Positions 7,747 through 16,817 are shown, counted from the stretch's first letter. The stretch is 35,609 bases of DNA from Candidatus Omnitrophota bacterium (GCA_013202935.1 JABMRG010000093.1:1-35609), one strand, 5' to 3'. Notes: generated by a model from the letters alone, not told the origin. Made by a program: numbers and translations.

Positions 7747-10281
7747 ATGTATACCGCAGCGGAAGTAAAGAGAAGAGGTAAGGCGATCATAGTAAGATGC
7801 ACAAGCATCTTACTAGTCGTAGCAGTATGCCTTATTAATGTGCCTCTGTCTTTTGCTGCGTTTGGTTCAGACGCAAAGGCTACATTTACAGCATCGGTTA
7901 CTATTGGAGGAGGTAGCGACTTTGATTACGATGGTATGCCGGATAATTGGGAGAGTACTTATGGACTAGATTCCTCTGATCCTGATGATGCCCATTATGA
8001 TGGTGATGATGATGGCATAACCAACCGCGAAGAATACCGCATGGGAACAGACCCTACTGTTTCTAATAGCAGTATAGCAGCAACACTCTCAGCCTCATCT
8101 TCAAGTGGCCTACAGCCTATGGATGTTACTCTTACCGCAGGCCCAACAGGTGCTTCAATAGTTAAATATGAGTGGGACTTCGACGGAAACGGCACATATG
8201 ACCACTGGACTTATGCATCTGAAGGAAATACTGCTGCCTATAAATATACCGCAAGTGGAAGCTTTAACCCAAAGGTACGTGTTACAGATACAACAGGCAA
8301 TGCTGGCATAGCAGTTACTACTGTAAACATAACAAGGAATACCGCACTCTCACCTCCAACAGCAACTACTGTTTTGAGCCTTGCAAGCATTACCATTCCT
8401 ACTATACTGGAGCTTGATGGTTCAGGTTCTGATGATGTAGGTGTAGTAAATTACCAGTGGGATACAACAGGAAATGGTGAGTATGACTCATTTTCCAGCC
8501 AGTCAGCAGATATAACCAAAACATATGATGAGACTAATCCCAGGTCATTCAATGCCTCACTAAAAGTTACAGATACAAGCGGCCTATCTGATATAGCCAC
8601 TGTAGGCATAGATATTGATGCCTCGGGCTGGTATGGTTTATATAGCAGGCCGAAGGTATTTCTTAATAGCTATATTATATATGGAACTGCTGGTTCGGCA
8701 GTCTCATTAGGGGGCTATGGCGCACCCGAAGGCGGCAATAGTTTTGGATATGCCAAAAAATTAGAATGGGATTTTGAAGGAGATGGTATATATGACTGGT
8801 CGAGCACAATTGAAAATCCCGGTTGGACAGGATATGCAGATACGTCTCATGTATATGGCGCACCGGGTATATACAGGGCTGTTCTTAAGATTCATACTGA
8901 AGCATTTGTCTCCAGTACAGATAATGTGCTGGTAATCATATCAGATTCAGCTATAACCCCTCCAAAGGCGCTTGCAACCGTTTCTTATAATAGTACTACA
9001 GGCGCTACTTCTATAGGAGGCTACCCTGTTCCTATAAAGGCTAGCTTTGACCACTCAACAGCTTATGCAAACTCAGGTAGTATAGCAAAATATGAGTGGG
9101 ATTTTGATGGAGACAAAAATATAGATTATACAACAACATCATCTGCAGATATTCCTGTGTATGATTACGAGCTATCCGGTTACTATGAAGCCATGTTAAG
9201 AGTAACAGATACAAATGGACTTACAGATACATTCTATATGCCTGTATTTGCATACTATCCTGCTAATTATCAGAGTAATGTTAGCATGCCTACTGAGAAT
9301 ACAAGCATATACGGAAATGCTGTTACGCTTGTAGCTGAAGTATATCCAGATGATGCAGGGGTAAGTAGCGTTATGTTCCAGTATAATGATGGTAGTGGCT
9401 GGATTGATATAGGGCTAGGTACAGCAGCCGCTTCCTATACCGTGGCCTGGGATACTACAGCCTTAAGCGGTTCATATCAGTTACGTGCTGTTGTAAATGG
9501 TGACTATACTGATGCATCATACGCATATAAGATTACTAATATAGAGGTTACGAGTACAAGCCCTGATATATTGGAGAATACAAGTGGTAATACTCATACA
9601 AAACAGGTTGCAGTACCTGCAGATCAGCCGACTGATATTATATTCCCCGACGGTACGCGCATCGAAATACCTGCAAATGCTATAAGCCAGGGCTCTGATG
9701 TTACTGTCACTCAGACTCTTGACGCAGGGATAGGCCAGATAAGCCTTGAGGTCACCGGTATTGATAATTTCCTAAAAGATGTTACAGTCTACTTATACTA
9801 TCCAGATGCCGATAATAACGGCATAGTAGATGGAACAAGTATAGATGAGAACACCTTAGTTGTCGCTTGGCAGAATGATCAGGGTGAATGGGAACGTCTC
9901 TATAATTCTGTAGTGCACCCTGTTGAAAACTATGTATCAGCACAGACTAACCACTTCTCAGGTATCGGATTGATAGGTCTCGGTGGTGTAGCAGCTGCAG
10001 GAGGAGCAAGTGGCGCAGCAGCAAGTTCAGGTAGCACCGCAAGTTATTGCTTTATTGCAACCGCTGCATATGGAACTGCCATGGCTGATGATGTAGTTAT
10101 ACTGAGAGAATTCAGGGACAAATACCTTATACGCAATAGCCTTGGAAGAGAGTTTGTATGGAACTATTATCGCTATAGTCCACCGGTAGCTAAGTTTATA
10201 AGTAGAAGGCCGGTTCTTAGAAAGATTGCAAGAATATTACTTAAACCGCTTGTTAGACTTGCCAGAAGGATGGTGAGGTAA
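7747..10281 (+). CDS. Protein D: large exported adhesin-like protein with a calcium-binding TSP3-like motif, 4 PKD domains, an Ig-like region, a Gly/Ala/Ser linker and a CFIATAAYG-type C-terminal domain
   Basis: I prefer the ATG at 7747 (GAGGG 7735-7739) over the TTG at 7732. Signal peptide ends ...PLSFA|[14 protein letters not shown]...[19 protein letters not shown] at 7918-8055. Four W-D-F/T-D/x-G-D/N-G repeats ([48 protein letters not shown]) typical of PKD domains. C-terminal [27 protein letters not shown]... at 10048-10278. Confidence 0.7.
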   Translation: MYTAAEVKRRGKAIIVRCTSILLVVAVCLINVPLSFAAFGSDAKATFTASVTIGGGSDFDYDGMPDNWESTYGLDSSDPDDAHYDGDDDGITNREEYRMGTDPTVSNSSIAATLSASSSSGLQPMDVTLTAGPTGASIVKYEWDFDGNGTYDHWTYASEGNTAAYKYTASGSFNPKVRVTDTTGNAGIAVTTVNITRNTALSPPTATTVLSLASITIPTILELDGSGSDDVGVVNYQWDTTGNGEYDSFSSQSADITKTYDETNPRSFNASLKVTDTSGLSDIATVGIDIDASGWYGLYSRPKVFLNSYIIYGTAGSAVSLGGYGAPEGGNSFGYAKKLEWDFEGDGIYDWSSTIENPGWTGYADTSHVYGAPGIYRAVLKIHTEAFVSSTDNVLVIISDSAITPPKALATVSYNSTTGATSIGGYPVPIKASFDHSTAYANSGSIAKYEWDFDGDKNIDYTTTSSADIPVYDYELSGYYEAMLRVTDTNGLTDTFYMPVFAYYPANYQSNVSMPTENTSIYGNAVTLVAEVYPDDAGVSSVMFQYNDGSGWIDIGLGTAAASYTVAWDTTALSGSYQLRAVVNGDYTDASYAYKITNIEVTSTSPDILENTSGNTHTKQVAVPADQPTDIIFPDGTRIEIPANAISQGSDVTVTQTLDAGIGQISLEVTGIDNFLKDVTVYLYYPDADNNGIVDGTSIDENTLVVAWQNDQGEWERLYNSVVHPVENYVSAQTNHFSGIGLIGLGGVAAAGGASGAAASSGSTASYCFIATAAYGTAMADDVVILREFRDKYLIRNSLGREFVWNYYRYSPPVAKFISRRPVLRKIARILLKPLVRLARRMVR

Positions 10282-10282
10282 G

Positions 10283-10987
10283 ATGAGACGACTATATATT
10301 ATTTTACTTGTTATTGCATTAAGCTTGCCGGTCTCTATATCTATGTCTGAGGCGACTCAAGAAAGAAGCTCAGATACATTGAGGCCTTCTGCATCTATGT
10401 CCCATCTTAAGTTAAAAGGCACGCTCTTTACGAGAAGCTTAAAACCTTTAGTAGTCTTGGAAGATACAAGAAACGGCAGAGCCACTATGTATGAGATAGG
10501 CGATACAATAGAAGGCGTTTTAAAGATCGCATATATAACAAGGGGAGAGGTAACATTTGCCTCATCAGATGGCGAGTATAAACTCTCTTTACCTACAGGT
10601 GGGGTATGGCAGCCACAGGGCCTTCAGTCTGAAGATGAAAAATGGTATAGGATAAAGAAAGAAGGTAATACGTTCTTGGTTGATGAATCTACTGTAAAAG
10701 GTGCAATCCAGAGGACAGCAGATATAATGCGCAATATAAAGATAAGCCCGTATCTCAAGGATGGCAAAAAAATTGGAATTATGGTAACCAAGCTTACAGA
10801 AATAGGCATACTAAAAGAGGCAGGAGTAAAAGAGGGCGACATTGTTAAGAGTATAAACGGGCTTAACCTAAACAGCCCTCACCAGATCTTTACAGCATAT
10901 AAGAAGCTAAGAAATCAGAAGGAGATAGAGGTAGATATTATAAGGAAGGATAAACCCATTATTCTTACCTATCGTATCCAGCAGTAG
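10283..10987 (+). CDS. Protein E: GspC/PilP-like adaptor (N-terminal anchor + HR-type beta domain + PDZ domain)
   Basis: Starts 1 nt after the D stop. N-terminal hydrophobic segment. LKLKGTLFTRSLKPLVVLEDTRNGRATMYEIGDTIEGVLKIAYITRGEVTFASSDGEYKLSL follows the T2SS GspC HR-domain pattern. C-terminal GIMVTKL..GILKEAGVKEGDIVKSINGLNLNSPHQ is a PDZ pattern. Confidence 0.6.
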   Translation: MRRLYIILLVIALSLPVSISMSEATQERSSDTLRPSASMSHLKLKGTLFTRSLKPLVVLEDTRNGRATMYEIGDTIEGVLKIAYITRGEVTFASSDGEYKLSLPTGGVWQPQGLQSEDEKWYRIKKEGNTFLVDESTVKGAIQRTADIMRNIKISPYLKDGKKIGIMVTKLTEIGILKEAGVKEGDIVKSINGLNLNSPHQIFTAYKKLRNQKEIEVDIIRKDKPIILTYRIQQ

Positions 10988-11152
10988 AAAATGTTCCCGT
11001 CTCCAAAAAAAGTCCTAAATTTAGTAAATAATTATTGATAGGACTTTATCTTTATGTTATTCTTAGTATAGTAAATATATACTCGGTGGAATCGGTGGAT
11101 GAACAAGGGGAGAGCCTTCGAGTATGCTCCCTTTTTGTTTTGTGGATAATTT

Positions 11153-14100
11153 ATGAGAAATAGAAGAAAATTAATAGCATTAACAACCCTAACTATCCTT
11201 GTGCTTATTGCCGTATCTTCTAATGCAGAGGCAAAGGAAAATAGCCATTTTACCCCATGTCAGTATAAAGCATCTTATAGGTACTATATGGAGAAGGGCG
11301 AGGGTTATCTTAAGGATAACCAGCTTGAATCAGCGCTTCTTTCCTATGAGAGGGCTCTTATAATACAACCCAATTCTGAAGAAGCTCAATTAAAGATAAT
11401 ATCTGTAAAGGAGATGATAGGCGGTAAGAAACCAGCGCATGTGATGCAGGAGCGCACAAAGGCTCTTAGGCGTGCTATTGCATTTGCGGAGGAAGTACCG
11501 GAGGAAGAAAGGCCAAGTAGACAGGTTGTATCAAGCGTATCAGAAGAAGTTTATAAACCGAGACCAAAAAGAGTCTATAAACCAGCACCGGAACATAAAC
11601 TTACGCCAGAGCCAAGCACCAAAGAGGAGCTGTCACAGCCGCAGCAATATCCTAAAAGAGCCGCCACAAAAGAGGCTGTTAAGCAATACCCAAGACCAGA
11701 AACAGTAGAAAAAAAACCTGCTAAAGTAGAACGTTCTGCACCAAAACCGGATCCATCCAAAAAGTACCCAGCTTCTATAGAAGAATGCGGCGAACCAGAA
11801 CCAGAGATAGATCTAGCCCAGAAATATCCTTCCGCAGCGCCATGTGAGCCTTGCGTAGAAGAGGCTGGGCCTTGTGAAGTACCTTACTTTGACGCTTTTT
11901 CAGACGGCATAAATTCAAAGATACAACAGTGGGGAGATAGCGCAAACAGCGCCATTGCTCCGTCGAGAATAAGGGGAAAATACCGCATAGCTTTTGGAGC
12001 CACTGAGGATGATTTTGAATGGAAGAATGCAAACGCTGATTACCATAGCTTTTCTGATGATACAAGCTGGAGATATGTATTTGGCCGCAACAGGCATAAC
12101 AGTTATGACCCGGAGATATATTCACGCCTTCAGGTAGAGATTGATAATCCTATAACAGATAGCCTAAGCACTTATAATGAGATAGTTATAGATCCATGGA
12201 CATTTGTAGGAAGAAAGAGGATGTTTGTAACCGGCTCAAACGGTGACAATGTTGAGATGGACCTTAAGTACTGGTCAAACGTAAGGCGTACTATAAATGA
12301 ATCATATAGGACTACCACAGGTGATATCTTAAATATTCAGGAAAATAAGGTTATAGATGGAAAACTCTCGTCTCAAAGTTATGGAGGAAGTGCTGGTTTT
12401 GGCTCGAATCGTTTTCAGGTAGCTGACCATGAGATAGACAGGATGTATGTTCCTTTACGTAAATCCTGGATAGAATATGATAAAGAGCCTTATCGAGCAA
12501 AACTATTTTTTATGTCAAACCAGGATGAGGCCTTAACATCCGACGATCCTATGGGCCTATCCAACCGCAGGGTTTATTGGGAACAGAGCCCCTGGCTTGA
12601 CAGATATGACCAAAGCCGCGTATTTGAACGAAACGGTACTTCTGCCCCTGCAGGTTTTGACAGGACAACGGAGCCTACTAAGAAAGGCCAATGGCTAAGT
12701 AGCCAGTCATTTATGGCCAGAGACAGCGAAGCAGAACGGCTGACATTCCTAAGAGGCGCATCATTTAATGCAGAGTTTGAAAATGGTGCTTCAGTACAGG
12801 CTGTTGCAGCTACACCAAGGAACCTCTGGGATACATACGACCAGGCGACAAGTCTTCCTGCTGCTATAAGGGCAAAAGCCCCTCTGACTGATAAGCTTGA
12901 TATAGGAGGACTATATACATTAAAGATGGGTTTCAGGCACAATTCAGCTGAAGCGTTCAATAATCTATTTGCTATTGATGCCTCTTACGAGCTATTTCCA
13001 CGTACAGACTTGATTGCAGAAGGGGCTGTAAGCCATATGAGTGTAGAAGAGGCTATAGGATACAAAAATGAATATACAGGCTATGGCGCGATGCTGGGAA
13101 TCAGAAATCAAGGCCCTATGAAAATAATGGGTCCGCTGGACAGATATGAACTTGAGGCAAAGTTTACACATATGGATGATAAATTCTTTCCCGCCCTTTC
13201 CAACTATAGGCTGACGAGGAAAGAGTTTGATTATTCCAAGCATATCTATTTTGGTGACCTAACAGGTGAAGATGAGGCCCTAAAGGTAGGCGATGGTGTT
13301 GATGTAGGAAGAAATGCCTTTGGGATTACACTAAAGACATTCTTTCCTGATGCAAACAGTGAGGCAAGGTTTGATGCCAGGACTGTTCACGAAGATGGAG
13401 GGGCATTTATAGAGAATGTCTTCAGGGGAGAGACAACGCATATTCTTACTCCGAAACTTACAGCAAAGCTTCTCGGATATTACCAGCATCTTGGGAAGAC
13501 AGAAAGGCATGTTGACCCGTTTATAAACGCCAAGAGCGCATACAGCGCGTTTACAGACTATTTTTCATACGAGGATACATGGCTTGAAAACACTATAATA
13601 CAAGCAGGCGAAGACCCTTCAATCGGATCGTTCTCCGGTGGGCTGCAGTATGATTTTACAGATTATTTTACAGGTATGGGCATATACGAGTCTACAAATG
13701 ACCCGAAGGATATGCCAAGAGGCCTCTTAAATGATACGTATATTACAGATGAGTATAGAGACGGTGTTATATGGGATAAACTAGTTCCGTTTTTATATGA
13801 TCAGGGTTTCTTTGATCTACCTCCATACGACTACTATAATGTATTCAAGACGAGATTTGCCTATAAGCCGTTTGATCCTGTAACAGTTGCTCTTAAATAT
13901 GTCTGGAATGACAATAAGTATGCTATGGCAATAGATGATTTTGCTACAAGCCATGGCATCGAACTGGGATATGAACCATGTACCAATATAAAATTAGGGC
14001 TTCTATATCAATATACAAGGCAGAGGGATCTTCATAAGGATCTTGATGCAAGTGATCATGGATACCACTTTGATGGCCACCATAATATATTTGCAGCAAT

Positions 14101-15073
14101 GGATTATGAACTGAATGAAGATCAGCATCTTAGGATTATGTATGGGGATTATGTTGGTTATGGTAACCCATATCCTAATGGGTATGATGACATGGCAGCA
14201 CTTGACACCCGTCATATTGTCAGAGTAGTCTACACAGGTGATTGGGGAGGTGCTGATAAATCAAGCAGAGATTCGAGTCTTATGCCTACCAGAAATGAAC
14301 TCGGCCCGCTAAGACCTGATATACCAGGAGCTAAATTTGTAACAAGCCTCTATGCAGGAGGCGTGCAATATCAGGCGAGGGGCAAGGCTGCTGATATAGA
14401 GTCAGATTGGGATAGCTATATTGGCAAAATAGAATTTGGGCTTGATGCCTATGATAAAGAAGCTATAGAGGGTTCTTTAAGGGTCGGCCTATTTACCACA
14501 ATGGAAGATACAGAGAAATGGAGCCTTAGTGGCGCGGAAGAATATCAGGCTAATGATATGGACCTTAGAGGGGCAGATGTTAATTTGAATGTTGGCTGGG
14601 CTATAAATGACCCCGGCAAATATATATCGTTTACACCACTTGTTAATGCTGGGTACAGAAGGATAGAGTTTGAGAGGGCGAATTCCATTGCTTTAGGAGC
14701 CTCCCCTACACAAATCGGAGAGGTTGACCAGCACTTTAATGTATCATTTGCTGGTATAGGTGGAAGGTTAGATCTTGCATTTGCTGAGCCACTCAATTTC
14801 TACGGAAGCGGTTATTGGGCACCTCTTGTATATGCTCATATTAACAATGATGAATTAGGAAGATTTGATTGCAATAAGGGCGTTGTATGGCATGCTGAAG
14901 GCGGCTGTGAATACAATGTTTCTGATAGATTTGATATAAGCTTAGGCGGATTCTGGGACCTGCAAAGCCTTGATAGGACAGAGAGGATAGATGCAGGAAT
15001 ATTGAGCTCAGAAATCCCGGATAATAAGCTTCAGACATATGGTGTAAAATTAGGCGGTTTTTATAAGTTTTAG
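11153..15073 (+). CDS. Protein F: 1306-aa outer-membrane beta-barrel candidate with an N-terminal TPR-like helix pair and a Pro/Lys/Glu-rich spacer
   Basis: Signal peptide ...VSSNAEA|KE. TPR-like YLKDNQLESALLSYERALIIQPNSEEAQ. Low-complexity spacer at 11489-11890 with four [KQ][KQ]YP motifs and a 4-Cys cluster. About 1050 aa rich in alternating aromatic/Gly/Asp/Asn beta-strand patterns. The C-terminus ...YGVKLGGFYKF ends in Phe, the typical OMP beta-signal. No POTRA, secretin or usher motif recognised by eye. Confidence 0.55.
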   Translation: MRNRRKLIALTTLTILVLIAVSSNAEAKENSHFTPCQYKASYRYYMEKGEGYLKDNQLESALLSYERALIIQPNSEEAQLKIISVKEMIGGKKPAHVMQERTKALRRAIAFAEEVPEEERPSRQVVSSVSEEVYKPRPKRVYKPAPEHKLTPEPSTKEELSQPQQYPKRAATKEAVKQYPRPETVEKKPAKVERSAPKPDPSKKYPASIEECGEPEPEIDLAQKYPSAAPCEPCVEEAGPCEVPYFDAFSDGINSKIQQWGDSANSAIAPSRIRGKYRIAFGATEDDFEWKNANADYHSFSDDTSWRYVFGRNRHNSYDPEIYSRLQVEIDNPITDSLSTYNEIVIDPWTFVGRKRMFVTGSNGDNVEMDLKYWSNVRRTINESYRTTTGDILNIQENKVIDGKLSSQSYGGSAGFGSNRFQVADHEIDRMYVPLRKSWIEYDKEPYRAKLFFMSNQDEALTSDDPMGLSNRRVYWEQSPWLDRYDQSRVFERNGTSAPAGFDRTTEPTKKGQWLSSQSFMARDSEAERLTFLRGASFNAEFENGASVQAVAATPRNLWDTYDQATSLPAAIRAKAPLTDKLDIGGLYTLKMGFRHNSAEAFNNLFAIDASYELFPRTDLIAEGAVSHMSVEEAIGYKNEYTGYGAMLGIRNQGPMKIMGPLDRYELEAKFTHMDDKFFPALSNYRLTRKEFDYSKHIYFGDLTGEDEALKVGDGVDVGRNAFGITLKTFFPDANSEARFDARTVHEDGGAFIENVFRGETTHILTPKLTAKLLGYYQHLGKTERHVDPFINAKSAYSAFTDYFSYEDTWLENTIIQAGEDPSIGSFSGGLQYDFTDYFTGMGIYESTNDPKDMPRGLLNDTYITDEYRDGVIWDKLVPFLYDQGFFDLPPYDYYNVFKTRFAYKPFDPVTVALKYVWNDNKYAMAIDDFATSHGIELGYEPCTNIKLGLLYQYTRQRDLHKDLDASDHGYHFDGHHNIFAAMDYELNEDQHLRIMYGDYVGYGNPYPNGYDDMAALDTRHIVRVVYTGDWGGADKSSRDSSLMPTRNELGPLRPDIPGAKFVTSLYAGGVQYQARGKAADIESDWDSYIGKIEFGLDAYDKEAIEGSLRVGLFTTMEDTEKWSLSGAEEYQANDMDLRGADVNLNVGWAINDPGKYISFTPLVNAGYRRIEFERANSIALGASPTQIGEVDQHFNVSFAGIGGRLDLAFAEPLNFYGSGYWAPLVYAHINNDELGRFDCNKGVVWHAEGGCEYNVSDRFDISLGGFWDLQSLDRTERIDAGILSSEIPDNKLQTYGVKLGGFYKF

Positions 15074-15119
15074 CAAGATTCCTGCCTCCTATAAAAACCT
15101 AAAAAAGATGAGAAAATCC

Positions 15120-15148
15120 TTGACAAAATAGCGGTTTTCTGGTATACT
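15120..15148 (+). promoter_or_regulatory. Sigma70-type promoter of the G-H unit (TTGACA-N17-TATACT with TG extended -10)
   Basis: TTGACA 15120-15125, 17-nt spacer, TGG-TATACT 15140-15148. 24/30 identical to 2791-2820. Confidence 0.6.
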
Positions 15149-15227
15149 TCTTTTAAGGCTTTAAAAATATTAATATAAGATGAAAATATGTATGCAAAAA
15201 GTATCAAAATAGGGAAGGAAGGGTTGC

Positions 15228-16817
15228 ATGAACAGAGCATATAAATATATTATATCCTATATTACTATAGTATATATAGTATCTTCATCTATTGTTGTAC
15301 CCTCCTATTCCCAAGAGCCCATACAGACTATAGATAACCTTGCTGAGTTAGTACCTGCAACCTACGGTTCGATAAGAGATAGCTATTTTGCAGGCGGAAA
15401 TCACGGCATAATAGTACATATACAAGACCTACACTGCAATTATGATGCACAGATGTCTATATATCATATTATAGATGAGCTTATAGAGAAATACGGCCTT
15501 GACCTTGTCACAGTAGAAGGTTCAGTAGGTAAGCTTGAGAAGACAGCCCTTTCTCATTATCCTAATAAACATATAAAAGAAGAAGTTGCAAAGTATTTTA
15601 TTAAGATAGGCAGGATAAACGGCCCCGCCTATGCGCATGTGATGCGTAATGCAAATTTCAGTTTTTATGGTGCAGATAATAAGAAGCTGCATAAGGATAA
15701 TGTAGAGGCATTTAAGGCATCACTTAAATCAAAAGATACTAATATTGTTTTCCATAATAACATAAGTTCAATAATCGATGATTTTAAATCCAAGGCCTAT
15801 TCCAAGGATTTAAAGGAGCTCGATAATAAGATAAATGCGTATAAGAATGAGAATCTAGACTTTTCAGAGTATATAGGATATTTAAGAGGGCTCTTGGGTG
15901 CACACAAGATAGACAATAAAGAATACCCAAACTTTATAGGGCTCAATAAGGTTCTTGAACAAGAGGCTGCAATAGACTTCTTAGAGGTGGATAACCAACG
16001 TTCAGCATACATAGGTAAACTTAATGAGGTATTGGAGAAGAATGAGCTCTCAGAGCTTCTTGATAATAGCCTATACTTTAAGACAGGCAAATTAAGCGCC
16101 CTATCATTCTATACATATCTAAGAGCATTGTCAGAAAAAGATAATACCCCTGCTATGGACGAAGAGTTTGCCCAGCTTGCAAAATATATCGATTACCTGA
16201 CACTCTATTCTGAGATAGAAAATATCACCCTCTTCAAAGAGATTGAGCAATTAGAAAAGGCCCTTAAGGAGAAGATGTTCAGGAATCATACCGAGCGCAC
16301 GATTGACAAGATAGCCTATAATTTAGGGGTATTAAAGGATTTATTCAATCTAAAGCTTACCAAAGAGACGCTTCAACACTACAGAGACAACAGAAAAGAG
16401 TTTATGGCCTCATATTTTATTAATTTCATATCAGAGAACGCACCAAGATACAAAATAAAGTATAAACTTGATCCTGTATTCAGAAAATTAGACGCACAGC
16501 TTCCAGATTTTGAGAGATTCTATTCTTTAGCAGAGGAGAGAGACAGTGCCCTTGTATATAATACTCTGAAGAAGATGAATGAGAAAAGATCCAAGATGGC
16601 GGTATTGGTATCAGGCGGTTTCCATACAGATGGCATAACAAGGCTTTTGAAAGATAAAAAGGTTTCTTATGTAGTAATTACACCTAAGGTGGATAAACTA
16701 CAAGAAGATAATCCATATAGATCGGTCATTCTCGGTGAAAAAGACCCGCTAGATGAATTTTATGAAATGTATCTAAAAAACATAACAGAAAGCAAGCAAG
16801 GAGAAAAAAATGAATAG
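15228..16817 (+). CDS. Protein G: membrane-anchored or exported protein, TraB/GumN/ChaN (Tiki) superfamily-like, with a large helical insert
   Basis: GGAAGGAAGGG lies before the ATG. Hydrophobic N-terminus. The N-terminal motif GIIVHIQDLHCNYDAQ...GLDLVTVEG and the C-terminal motif ERDSALVYNTLKKM...MAVLVSGGFHTDGITRLL resemble the two conserved halves of TraB/GumN/ChaN-type proteins (G-x-x-H...E and RD...G-x-G-H). Assignment is by remembered motif pattern only. Confidence 0.35.
   Translation: MNRAYKYIISYITIVYIVSSSIVVPSYSQEPIQTIDNLAELVPATYGSIRDSYFAGGNHGIIVHIQDLHCNYDAQMSIYHIIDELIEKYGLDLVTVEGSVGKLEKTALSHYPNKHIKEEVAKYFIKIGRINGPAYAHVMRNANFSFYGADNKKLHKDNVEAFKASLKSKDTNIVFHNNISSIIDDFKSKAYSKDLKELDNKINAYKNENLDFSEYIGYLRGLLGAHKIDNKEYPNFIGLNKVLEQEAAIDFLEVDNQRSAYIGKLNEVLEKNELSELLDNSLYFKTGKLSALSFYTYLRALSEKDNTPAMDEEFAQLAKYIDYLTLYSEIENITLFKEIEQLEKALKEKMFRNHTERTIDKIAYNLGVLKDLFNLKLTKETLQHYRDNRKEFMASYFINFISENAPRYKIKYKLDPVFRKLDAQLPDFERFYSLAEERDSALVYNTLKKMNEKRSKMAVLVSGGFHTDGITRLLKDKKVSYVVITPKVDKLQEDNPYRSVILGEKDPLDEFYEMYLKNITESKQGEKNE

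Noticed and set aside
3128-10281. Type IV pilin or T2SS pseudopilin identity for A, B or D, which would fit the GspC-like E
   Set aside because: None has the prepilin G|F-T-L-I/L-E cleavage motif or the hydrophobic N-terminal helix. All three have ordinary Sec-type signal peptides. D's C-terminus is also not LPXTG, PEP-CTERM or a T9SS CTD by eye.
15180-15212. 10-codon upstream ORF (MKICMQKVSK) in the leader of G, and the 11-codon ORF at 2996-3031 in the leader of A
   Set aside because: No SD sits at a functional distance from either. Short ATG-initiated ORFs are expected by chance in AT-rich leaders.
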